IMG/VR virus record: IMGVR_UViG_3300028920_000034
Location: 1-64,000 of that record
DNA: 64,000 nucleotides
Source of the DNA: a virus
Strand: one strand, 5' to 3'
Shown piece by piece: positions 35,264-43,457 of this stretch; positions within the stretch are counted from its first letter, which is position 1, and each line of letters begins with the position of its first letter. A model generated the notes under the pieces. The model was not told where the DNA came from. It did not search any database and saw nothing but the letters and a program-made list of their open reading frames with translations. A program made the translations under genes and the position numbers.

Positions 35264-36620
35264 CCAGCCACTCCATCCCGAAGCGTTCCAGCACCACCCT
35301 CATGCAGCGCACCCACAGGTGCTCCGCCACGCTGATGTGCGCGTGGGTGCCGTCTCCGGCTTCGGTCAAATCATGGGCCAGCTCATGGAGGTAGGTCCCC
35401 AGGAACTCTGGCACGTCCGTGAGCACGCGGCGTGAAACACCAACGCGGCGCGTCTTGCGCTCCCACGTACCCAGTATCTGATCGTCCGTGTACTCCACCA
35501 CGTCCAGCCCGGCGAGGAGCTCCTGGTAGCCCCGGCTCCACCCGAGCCCGTCCATGGCGAGCTCCACCAGGCGCACTCCCCTGAGCACCACCTGGCGCTC
35601 GAGCTCGGTGAGCTCGGCTGTGGCCACCACAACCTTGTCCGCCTTGGCCACGTTGTTGAGCATCGCGTAGAACGGCCCGTAGTGGGCCTCGAGTACCTGG
35701 GCCGCGGACTTGGACACCCGCACGGGCTTGCGACCCAGGTGTTCGATCTTCTGCATCTGGTGGTCATCGGCCGCCGGAAGGGCATCTTCGCCATGCTCCG
35801 CCTGGAACACATCTGCCACGGCCTTGGCCACCCGCGGGTTGGGGTGGCGCTGTAGGTGGCTCCCGAGTCCGGCCACGTCCGGCTTCTCGGACTTGAGCAT
35901 CTCCCACGCGGCGCGCCCGTTGCGACCGGGCGACTGGCTGATGGCGGTTTCCCACAGGATGGCCGCTTCCCAGCGCACGTCAAAGCTGTTCACGAGCATC
36001 CGGTCCAGGTCCACCCGCGCGTCTTGGAAATCGTAGCCGTGCTGTAGGTCCTCCACCTTGGACACGAAGATCCCCTTGACGTACACGCACCCGCGCCTGT
36101 CCGCATCGAAGATGATTCGACCGGACTCGCCCGGGGTGGTCTCGTCCGCCGGCTGGAGCTCAAGGAAGCGCCACTGGAGCTCGGCCCATTGATCCTCGGT
36201 GATCCGAAGGTGGACTTCCGTGCCGGCGCGGTCCCGCACCTGGCGCGTGAACACCGCGAGAACCTCGTCTGCGAATGATGCGCTCTGGACCAGCTTCGGG
36301 GTCCACCGCTCCGCGCCCGTGTAGACCACCACGTCCAGCCCGGCCCGGGTGGCCACCAGGAGCCCCATGTCGAGCCCCTCGCCCCACTGGCCGCGTGCGT
36401 CCGCGTCCGTCGCCTTCGTGGTGAACCCGAGGAGGAGCGCCTCGCGCGGGAGAGCCACCTCTTCGTTGCGAAGCACCAGCCAGTCGCCGTCCCGGCGCAT
36501 GGACTTCGTGAACCCCTTGTCGTCCCCGTCCAGCCAGTTTTGAATGAACTCCCGGACTGCCTCCGGAATCCCCCAGTGGGGTCGGTATGTCCGCTTTAAC
36601 GTCAGCTCAATCTTCGCCAT
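35211..36620 (-). CDS. GHKL (Hsp90/MORC-like) ATPase fused to HExxH metallopeptidase-like domain
   Basis: EAVREFIQNWLD, LLGFTTK, GQWGEGL, GTEV; C-terminal YLHELAH. Confidence 0.8.
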   Translation of the reverse strand: MAKIELTLKRTYRPHWGIPEAVREFIQNWLDGDDKGFTKSMRRDGDWLVLRNEEVALPREALLLGFTTKATDADARGQWGEGLDMGLLVATRAGLDVVVYTGAERWTPKLVQSASFADEVLAVFTRQVRDRAGTEVHLRITEDQWAELQWRFLELQPADETTPGESGRIIFDADRRGCVYVKGIFVSKVEDLQHGYDFQDARVDLDRMLVNSFDVRWEAAILWETAISQSPGRNGRAAWEMLKSEKPDVAGLGSHLQRHPNPRVAKAVADVFQAEHGEDALPAADDHQMQKIEHLGRKPVRVSKSAAQVLEAHYGPFYAMLNNVAKADKVVVATAELTELERQVVLRGVRLVELAMDGLGWSRGYQELLAGLDVVEYTDDQILGTWERKTRRVGVSRRVLTDVPEFLGTYLHELAHDLTEAGDGTHAHISVAEHLWVRCMRVVLERFGMEWLDERADDGAEVRDLRQGG

Positions 36621-36663
36621 TTGACTCTCCTCGTGAGTTAGAAAGGCTTGCCAGGAGTCCAGA

Positions 36664-36732
36664 AGTATCACAGGGCAAAACGGCCGGTCAACTTCTTTCA
36701 GCCCAAAACTCGGTGGTCAATTTTCGTGCCAG
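36664..36732 (-). promoter_or_regulatory. promoter region of the replication block
   Basis: TTGACC-16-GATACT with TG extension (36691-36664); near-consensus sigma54 motif CTGGCACG-AAAA-TTGA (36732-36717). Confidence 0.5.
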
Positions 36733-36794
36733 GTGAGCCGCCGTCAGAGAGCTGCCTTCGGAACACCTGGCAGCCGGGGCGCCCGAGCCCCGCT

Positions 36795-36929
36795 CTGCTT
36801 CTCTGCATCTTTTTCTCTGCATATACTTCTATATAGGTCAGGACGTTTTCGTCCTGACCATGTAGACGTTTTCGTCCTGACCATGTAGACGAAAACGTCC
36901 TGACCATGTAGACGAAAACGTCCACATGG
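36795..36929. repeat. four 23-bp-period iteron-like repeats next to an AT-rich tract; candidate replication origin
   Basis: cores GACGTTTTCGTC at 36842 and 36865, GACGAAAACGTC at 36888 and 36911, joined by CTGACCATGTA. Confidence 0.7.
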
Positions 36930-36975
36930 GCAAAAACGGACCACCAGATGTAGTGGTTTCAGTCCACCAGGGACA

Positions 36976-37689
36976 CTACATGGGGATGGCGGAAGCGCCG
37001 CAGATCCGACTTGTGGATTCTTGCACTAATTCTGGATTCAGGTCAGATCCAAGGAACCGGCGCCCGAGCTTCACGGCTGCCTGGCCCGATGCCCCAGAGC
37101 CCAGGAAGGGGTCCACCACCAGCTCGCCGGGCCTGGTGCTTTGTCGGACCAGCACCTCCATGAGCTCCACGGGCTTTTCCGCGGGGATCCCCCGCCAGAC
37201 CCGTTTCACCCGGAGTACATCCGGGACCCCCAGGTCATTCAGCTTGCGCTTGCCCAGCTCGAGGAAGGCGATCAGCTCATGGGTGGCGCGGTAGTGGTAG
37301 CCCATCCCGATGGCCACCTTGTCCCACACCAGCGCCTTCCACCACGTGAACCCGGCCGCCTCTGCCGCGGGGCGCAAGGCGAACATGGTCTCCTGGTCCA
37401 CGAAGATGTAGCAGTGCCGGTTGCGCTTCAAGACGCGCCTGAGCTCCGCCAGGAGCTCTGGGAACCGTGCGTTGGGGAACGTCTTGAACCAGGCGTTGGA
37501 GCTCGCCTTGGACACCTTCAGGCGCGTGGTGGTGCCTTTCTTGCGATGCTTCTCAAGGGACTCGTATGGCGGGTCCGTGATCACCAGGTCCACCGAGGCG
37601 TCCGGGAGCTGGCGGAGGAACGTCACGGCGTCACTGCACACCACGTCCCACGCGCACCAGAGGGGGGAGGATTCCAATCGTTCAATCAT
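36976..37689 (-). CDS. DNA N4-cytosine/N6-adenine methyltransferase (beta class)
   Basis: VDLVITDPPY, EKPVEL, VVDPFLGSG in beta-class order. Confidence 0.9.
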   Translation of the reverse strand: MIERLESSPLWCAWDVVCSDAVTFLRQLPDASVDLVITDPPYESLEKHRKKGTTTRLKVSKASSNAWFKTFPNARFPELLAELRRVLKRNRHCYIFVDQETMFALRPAAEAAGFTWWKALVWDKVAIGMGYHYRATHELIAFLELGKRKLNDLGVPDVLRVKRVWRGIPAEKPVELMEVLVRQSTRPGELVVDPFLGSGASGQAAVKLGRRFLGSDLNPELVQESTSRICGASAIPM

Positions 37690-37838
37690 CGTGGCCTCCA
37701 AAAAGTCGAATCCCCGCTGCTATTGCAGACGGGGATTCATGCCTGGCCGGGGAGCTTCTCGCAGAGGAGACTGGAGAGCCTGGCAAGCCTTCCAGCGCCC
37801 CTCCAGGCGCGCACCCGTCAACGTAGCAGACAAAGGGC

Positions 37839-38585
37839 TCACAGGTCAAACAGGCTGGGTTGGTTGCCAGCTTGCTCGGGGAGCTCCTGGATTTTCTTGC
37901 CCCCGAGGAGCTGGTCCTTGTAGCCCATGATCCCGGCTGCATCGCCGTGCTGCTTGAAAAAGAACGGCACGCCAGCCGCACGGGCTTGGCGTAGCAGGTC
38001 CAGGGCCCATGCCTCGTCCATGGGGCGCACCCTGTTCCCTCGCTCCCCGCCCACGATCACCCAGTCGATGCCCGTGAAATCGAAGGGGCCGATTTCGGCC
38101 ACCAGGGGCTCGAAGGAGACGAATCGGAGCCGCGCCTCGGTGTCCAGGAGCTCAGGGATGCGCCGCTTCACGTACCGGGGATGCTCCACGGTCACGCCAG
38201 CCCAGATGTTGCTCGGCCAGCCGATCTTGTTGCCGAGCTCGCGCATCCGCTCCGCTCGCTTCGTGAGCACCTGGTAGGTGTGCCGCGGAGTCCGCCGCAT
38301 GATGGCGAACACGCGCTCCAGGTACTCGAATGGCACCTCCTCGTGGAACAGATCGCTCATGCTGCACACGAAGATCAACCGGCTCGTTTTCCACCCCAGG
38401 GGCTCCTCGAGCACATCCGGGTGGATCGTCGGCTTGAACCCGTACCTGTAGCGCGCCTTGCCGTCCCGCTGGAACTGCTCGGCCATCCGCTTCGCGTAGC
38501 AGTTTCGGCACCCCGTGGAGACCATCGAACACCCGGTCACAGGGGACCAGGTGTAGTCCGTCCACTCAATCGCAGAGCGACCCAT
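37839..38585 (-). CDS. DUF5131 (phage Gp37/Gp68) family protein
   Basis: IEWTDYTWSPVTGC..VS.GC.NCYA, FVCSMSDLFHE, YQVLTKR, SFEPL, WVIVGGE, PFFFKQ. Confidence 0.9.
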   Translation of the reverse strand: MGRSAIEWTDYTWSPVTGCSMVSTGCRNCYAKRMAEQFQRDGKARYRYGFKPTIHPDVLEEPLGWKTSRLIFVCSMSDLFHEEVPFEYLERVFAIMRRTPRHTYQVLTKRAERMRELGNKIGWPSNIWAGVTVEHPRYVKRRIPELLDTEARLRFVSFEPLVAEIGPFDFTGIDWVIVGGERGNRVRPMDEAWALDLLRQARAAGVPFFFKQHGDAAGIMGYKDQLLGGKKIQELPEQAGNQPSLFDL

Positions 38586-38612
38586 CACGTACCTCCAATC
38601 GTGTCGCTGGAC

Positions 38613-38690
38613 AAAAAAAAGGACTGGCCAGGGGGGGGTGTTGGGGGGCTGCCCGACCAGTCCGAGGGAGCCGTGACGAAACACAGCGTT
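38613..38690 (-). ncRNA. short leader transcript/sRNA ending in an intrinsic terminator
   Basis: hairpin GCTGTG/CACGGC, then a 12-bp stem with C-rich loop and T8, between a promoter and the DUF5131 RBS. Confidence 0.55.
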
Positions 38691-38696
38691 GCGGAC

Positions 38697-38725
38697 AGGG
38701 TACTTTGGCCAGATCTGACTGTCAA
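38697..38725 (-). promoter_or_regulatory. sigma70-type promoter
   Basis: TTGACA-17 nt-TACCCT. Confidence 0.65.
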
Positions 38726-38743
38726 CACTATCTCCTCCCGGGC

Positions 38744-38771
38744 AAAAGGTGGCGGATTCAATGCCTCCGCC
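38744..38771 (-). terminator. possible terminator of the late operon
   Basis: GGCGGA-9 nt-TCCGCC then ACCTTTT. Confidence 0.4.
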
Positions 38772-39009
38772 GGGGCCGGTTTCTCAAGCTGCCCTCCGGC
38801 CCAGCCTTGCAGCCATCACAGGGGAGCGAGCTACCTCGCGGCTTGGACCCGGGGATGGGGGAGGGCCATGGCAACCGAACTGACCACCGAGGCATCGCAG
38901 GAACCGCCCCCGCGTCCGCTGTCGGGCAGCCGCTACCACCCGAGCTTCTACAGTTACCCTACCAGGGCACCCGACACAAGAGGGATAAGGGAAAGTAAGG
39001 GAAAGGCTG

Positions 39010-39513
39010 CTACTTCTTGAGCTCGTTGACGCCCCACACCGCGAGGCCCCCGAGCCCGAGCGTGAGGATGGTGCCGATCACGATGCCCACGGTGAGCTTG
39101 TGCCGGTTCCACCAGGAGTCTTGGGCCTTGCGAAGCCTGGCGATCTCCTTGTCGGCCGCCGCGAGCTGCTCATCTGCCGCCCGAAGGGCCACACCGGTGA
39201 AGCGCCGGTTGATCGTCGCAATATCGTACAGCTCATCGTAGGAGATTCGGAGCCGGGCCGCTTTCTTCGCCCGGTCCTCGGTGAGGAGGATGCCATCGAA
39301 GGGCACCTGGTCCCCCTTGCGGACAGCCACCACCGTGCCGGTCTTTTTGGCCGGCTTCTCCACCCGGGCCGGGAGCTTGGACAGCTCCTGGGCTTTCTCG
39401 AAGATGGGCGCCCGCTTGGCCGTCTGCACCTGGGGGGCGCACGCCCAGGTGGTCATCGTGAGCATCGTGGTCACCAGGATCAAGGCAATCCCGCGCCGTT
39501 CAGTCCCTGTCAT
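39010..39513 (-). CDS. lipoprotein with C-terminal TM helix; unimolecular-spanin-like topology
   Basis: basic-hydrophobic signal ending TWAC, coiled coil, then TVGIVIGTILTLGLGGLAVWGV. Confidence 0.55.
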   Translation of the reverse strand: MTGTERRGIALILVTTMLTMTTWACAPQVQTAKRAPIFEKAQELSKLPARVEKPAKKTGTVVAVRKGDQVPFDGILLTEDRAKKAARLRISYDELYDIATINRRFTGVALRAADEQLAAADKEIARLRKAQDSWWNRHKLTVGIVIGTILTLGLGGLAVWGVNELKK

Positions 39514-39922
39514 CGTGGCCTCCGTTTCCCGGCCGCGTGAGGCGCACTGCCGCCACCGCGCCCCCGCGCCCGCGCTCGAGCTCCTCCTCGGAACTCAGGG
39601 GTCGAAAGGGCCGATCTTGGCCCTGTTCCAGTAGCACCTCGCCCAGGCCGCCCAGGAGCCCCGTGGACGGCGCCCCAGAGGGCTCCACCTCCTGCGTGGC
39701 GACGTTGATCGTCCACTCGCGGGGGTCGAGCCCACGGGCCTGTAGGATGGCCGCTATGGCGTGCTGGCGCGCCTCGGTGGTGGCCTTCACCCGGGCCACC
39801 AGCTCGGCCCTGGTGCCCTGGTAGGCCACCTCGTGGTCCGCGAGGGCCACCTTTGCCTCGAGCTGGGCCTGTTGGGCCGCCAGGGCGAGCTCAAGCTCCG
39901 CTTCGGTGAGGGTCTGGTTCAT
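39500..39922 (-). CDS. coiled-coil hypothetical protein
   Basis: ATGA overlap; helical composition. Confidence 0.6.
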   Translation of the reverse strand: MNQTLTEAELELALAAQQAQLEAKVALADHEVAYQGTRAELVARVKATTEARQHAIAAILQARGLDPREWTINVATQEVEPSGAPSTGLLGGLGEVLLEQGQDRPFRPLSSEEELERGRGGAVAAVRLTRPGNGGHDDRD

Positions 39923-40332
39923 GGGGTCTCCGCGAGGGTGGCCGGTTGCTGGACGTTGAACCGGAACGGGTCCTTGAGCTGGAGCTTCCGCCCGGTGGGG
40001 AGCTGGATCACTGCATCCGACACGTAGCCGCCAGCGTCCAGGTCCACGGTGTCCGCGGGCAGGACGTAGACTTCGATGATCCTGGCCACGCCGTCCACCA
40101 CCTTGGCCTGGGAATCGTCGCCCCCGGTGATGCCAGTGGACTTCTTGGTGATCACCGCTTCGCTGTCGGTATCGGTCACCTCTTTTTTCACAGAGAACCA
40201 GATCAAGGCGCCCGTAATGTCACCCACGTCCTCATTGGTGATGGTGAACCGAATGGTGCGGTCCCGGTTCTTGTAGAGGTTGACCACATCCGAGCACACG
40301 CAATCGGGCTGGAAAAACGGGGAGTCAGCCAT
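39919..40332 (-). CDS. BppU-like Ig-fold structural protein
   Basis: DITGALIWFSVKK...IEVYVLPADT..L.AGGYVSD. Confidence 0.6.
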   Translation of the reverse strand: MADSPFFQPDCVCSDVVNLYKNRDRTIRFTITNEDVGDITGALIWFSVKKEVTDTDSEAVITKKSTGITGGDDSQAKVVDGVARIIEVYVLPADTVDLDAGGYVSDAVIQLPTGRKLQLKDPFRFNVQQPATLAETP

Positions 40333-40643
40333 CAGTCACACTCCATTTTCACGGTGATGCCAGAGTCCTCTACCACCACGCCGGTCTCGGTGTCGAGCAC
40401 CTCCACCTCCACGGTGATCTCACCAATGTCCTCGAGCTGCACCTGCATGGTCTCCGGCTCCACTTCCACCATTTCCACCAGGAGCTCGCTCACCCCTTCC
40501 ACGTCCGTGTCGAGCTCGGTGAACTGCTCCCTGGTGATGGCCGCCTGGGGCCAGATCTTCCCGAGGGTGGACAGGGAAATCCCGACCACCACGCACACGG
40601 CGAGGAGCTCGAGGAGACCGGTCTGGGCGATGAAGGCGATCAT
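40332..40643 (-). CDS. hypothetical structural-region protein
   Basis: ATGA overlap; acidic beta-rich C-terminus. Confidence 0.6.
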   Translation of the reverse strand: MIAFIAQTGLLELLAVCVVVGISLSTLGKIWPQAAITREQFTELDTDVEGVSELLVEMVEVEPETMQVQLEDIGEITVEVEVLDTETGVVVEDSGITVKMECD

Positions 40644-41200
40644 GGCTCGAGCACCTGTTTGAACACCTTGTACCGGTTGGTGCCCTCCCAGGTGATCCCG
40701 ATGGTGTACTCCGCCAGGTGCTCCGGGTCCGTGCCGGCCGGAGGGGGCTGGCCGCCATCGGTGGCAAGCTCCACGTCCGCCTTGGACTCGAAGAGGCGCA
40801 CGCGGGCCGCTACAAGCTGGCCATCTGCATCGTAGCTGGTGGTGTCGATGAAGATGTTTTCGTGGACCAGGCCCAGGGCGCGAGCCACCATCTGGTAGAT
40901 CTCGCTCTGCGAAGCGTCCACCACATCGTACTCCTCGTACCAGACCTGGAGATTGTAGTCGATCAACACCTCCACCAGCCAGAAGCCGGTGGCGTTGGGC
41001 GTCCAAGAGATTCGGTACTCGCCAAGATTATCAATCTCCGCGATTCCGTAGACGTAGCCGGTCTGCTCAACACCATCGTGGAAGATGGTGACAGTGAAGT
41101 CCCCGATGGTGAGCCCGCTGTGCTTCTGGCCGGAGCCGTCCGGTTCCCAGACTGGGAACTGGTCAATGACTCCTACGTTGACAGGTAGCTCTCTGCTCAT
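40640..41200 (-). CDS. hypothetical virion-associated protein
   Basis: acidic beta-rich 186-aa ORF in tail region. Confidence 0.65.
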   Translation of the reverse strand: MSRELPVNVGVIDQFPVWEPDGSGQKHSGLTIGDFTVTIFHDGVEQTGYVYGIAEIDNLGEYRISWTPNATGFWLVEVLIDYNLQVWYEEYDVVDASQSEIYQMVARALGLVHENIFIDTTSYDADGQLVAARVRLFESKADVELATDGGQPPPAGTDPEHLAEYTIGITWEGTNRYKVFKQVLEP

Positions 41201-41203
41201 GGT

Positions 41204-42211
41204 TCATGCCACCGCGCCATCGGACTTCCGTAGCCCGCGGAACTCGCTCACGTCCTTGAGAATGCTCGGCCACAGGAACCCATTGTACGATGCGAGGAGC
41301 ACGTTTTGGAAGGTAGCCGTTTCATAGCCCACGCCCATGGCCTTGGACATGAGAAGATGAACGGCCACGCCGATGAAAAAGCCCACCACCAGATTCATGA
41401 AATCGAACCGCTCGGTGGCAAGCCCGGCCGCCTGGCACCGGCGGCGCTCGAGGCTGTGGTCCCACACGAATCGGAGCACCACCCCGAGGAACGTGGTGAG
41501 GAAGTAGACGATCTCCGCGTACTTCTGCCAGATGCCCTTGCCCTTTCGATTCGCCACGTCCTTGCCCACGTTCCCAACGCCTGGCGCGAAGCCCTGACGC
41601 ATCACCTGGGGCCGCATGGGGGCAACACGCATCACGTCCTCGCGGAGCTTCACCACGTCCGTGATCGGCTTCTTGTCTGCCTCGAGCACCGCCCGGGCCT
41701 CCTTGGACCCGAGCTCGAGGCACCTCACACCGTCCTTTGTGACGTGTACGATCCTCCCCGGGTCACACCGGTCCATGGGGTTGTCGATGGGATCCACCCC
41801 GTCATCAGTGACCACGATCACCACCTGCATCCGGCGCCCGCGCCGCCGCCTCGATGGCCCCATGGCACTCATGGCTTCGGGCCGCATGGCGTCCATGTCG
41901 GCGCTCACCCCAGAGGTGCGTTTGGGTTTCGTCTTGGTGGCGCCATCTGACTCTCCGGCCATCAGTCTGATGGCAAGCGCCCCCAGGGCCGTGGCCACCA
42001 CCACACCGGTCGCCATCAGGCCCATCATCCAGCCCCTGGAAACGGCGTGTGAGCCCCTGAAGGCGTCCACCATAGCCTCGAGCTCCTGGGTCTCCCGGCC
42101 CGAGCCCGTGGCCACCTGGCGCCGCTTGCGCCGATTGAAGTAGGCGCGGTAGCCGGCAATGATTCCCCACATCGTGCCGATCATCGCCAGGAGGATCACA
42201 GTGGAAGTCAC
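41204..42211 (-). CDS. multi-pass membrane protein
   Basis: two N-terminal and about three C-terminal hydrophobic helices. Confidence 0.7.
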   Translation of the reverse strand: MTSTVILLAMIGTMWGIIAGYRAYFNRRKRRQVATGSGRETQELEAMVDAFRGSHAVSRGWMMGLMATGVVVATALGALAIRLMAGESDGATKTKPKRTSGVSADMDAMRPEAMSAMGPSRRRRGRRMQVVIVVTDDGVDPIDNPMDRCDPGRIVHVTKDGVRCLELGSKEARAVLEADKKPITDVVKLREDVMRVAPMRPQVMRQGFAPGVGNVGKDVANRKGKGIWQKYAEIVYFLTTFLGVVLRFVWDHSLERRRCQAAGLATERFDFMNLVVGFFIGVAVHLLMSKAMGVGYETATFQNVLLASYNGFLWPSILKDVSEFRGLRKSDGAVA

Positions 42212-42747
42212 AGGGGCACCTCAATCTGCTCGAGCTCCGGGCAGCCGGACAGCCACACGCGAAGCTGGTCTGGTGTGGTGGCCTCGGGGTCAATGCGAAA
42301 CGAGCCGCCCACCCCGGCCGCCTGGAGCATGATGATCGCCGCCTCCTGGCACGCCCACCGGTTGGGGTTGCGCCATGGGCGCCTGAGCCAGCGTCCGAAC
42401 CAGCGCCGAAGGGCGTGCCAGAGCATCAGCCGGTAATCGTAGGGACGCCCGAGCTCGGCCGCCACGTGCTGGAGCCCCTTCAGGAGACTGATGCGCGCTT
42501 CCGCGTACACCCACACCCGCTTGCCCGGGTCCATGCGCTTCCACTTGGCCCAGGGGAGTACCCGGTATCCGGAGGCGCTGGCCTCGAGCACCAGGCGCTG
42601 CCCCAGCTTGCCGGAGTAGTAGCTCACCGAGGCGTGGCTTGCGCCCGCGGGGGCGCGCGTGAACCACCGGATGGCCCTCCCCAGGAAGGTCTCGGTGGTG
42701 CTCAAGATCACCCAGGTCCGCTGGTCTTCCGAAATTGGCACGCTCAT
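42208..42747 (-). CDS. permuted papain-like (YiiX/YaeF, NlpC/P60) amidase
   Basis: IRWFT...SHASV, LEAS, LGRPYDY, WACQE, TTPDQL (His before Cys). Confidence 0.8.
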   Translation of the reverse strand: MSVPISEDQRTWVILSTTETFLGRAIRWFTRAPAGASHASVSYYSGKLGQRLVLEASASGYRVLPWAKWKRMDPGKRVWVYAEARISLLKGLQHVAAELGRPYDYRLMLWHALRRWFGRWLRRPWRNPNRWACQEAAIIMLQAAGVGGSFRIDPEATTPDQLRVWLSGCPELEQIEVPL

Positions 42748-42804
42748 TGCTTCTGCTTAATTAACCTTATCTCCCCTCTTAGAAGAGAAGAGTCTTGAGG
42801 GTGT
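42735..42804 (+). promoter_or_regulatory. conserved element copy 4 (sigma54-type motif, antisense)
   Basis: TTGGCACG-CTCA-TTGCT-TCTGCTTAATTAACCTTATCTCCCCTCTTAGAAGAGAAGAGTCTTGAGGGTGT. Confidence 0.75.
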
Positions 42805-43410
42805 CTACTCGCCGTTCCCCTTCTCGACCGGGCTGATGGACAGGCGAGCTCGCCGGATCAGGGCCTCATCGCTGCCACCCAGACGACGCCAGTTGATGGC
42901 CAGCACCGGCTCACCTCCGGCGGGGAACGGGGCGATGGCCGAACCACTGAACGCGCGCCACTGGTTCAGGTCGGTCACGTCCGTGCCGCGCTCCGTACCG
43001 TTGAGGGTCATCTGGGCGAACGCCCCGGTGTTGGGCGTACCGCTCAGGAGCTTGATCTCGCAGTACCACGTGACCAGGTACTCGCCCCCACTCAGCGGAG
43101 CGGACTGAAGCTCCAGCTTCTCCATCCAGGTCTGCCCAGTGGTGCCTTGCTCGTTCTCCGAGTAGGCATACTGCACATCGCTGGTCGTCTGCTCTCCGGT
43201 GTGGTTCGCAACCAGGTTGTCCAGTGCCGTCTTCTCGGCGGGTGAAAGCGGCCCCTCGAAGACGATGCTGCACACATCGCCGTCCACGTTGATCGCCTCC
43301 AGGGGGACGGTGATGGCCGATTCGGCGTTGATCTCTGCGTACAGCACAGAGGGGTTCACCTGGCCGTTCGGAAAGTCGTCTGCGATGCTGTAATCGTAGC
43401 TGGTGCTCAT
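42805..43410 (-). CDS. tail fibre/accessory structural protein
   Basis: N-terminus paralogous to 43458..44483, C-terminus paralogous to 44483..45562. Confidence 0.7.
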   Translation of the reverse strand: MSTSYDYSIADDFPNGQVNPSVLYAEINAESAITVPLEAINVDGDVCSIVFEGPLSPAEKTALDNLVANHTGEQTTSDVQYAYSENEQGTTGQTWMEKLELQSAPLSGGEYLVTWYCEIKLLSGTPNTGAFAQMTLNGTERGTDVTDLNQWRAFSGSAIAPFPAGGEPVLAINWRRLGGSDEALIRRARLSISPVEKGNGE

Positions 43411-43457
43411 GAGAAACCTCCATAGAGCGTCAAGCAGCCAGTCGGCTGCGCCTGGGA

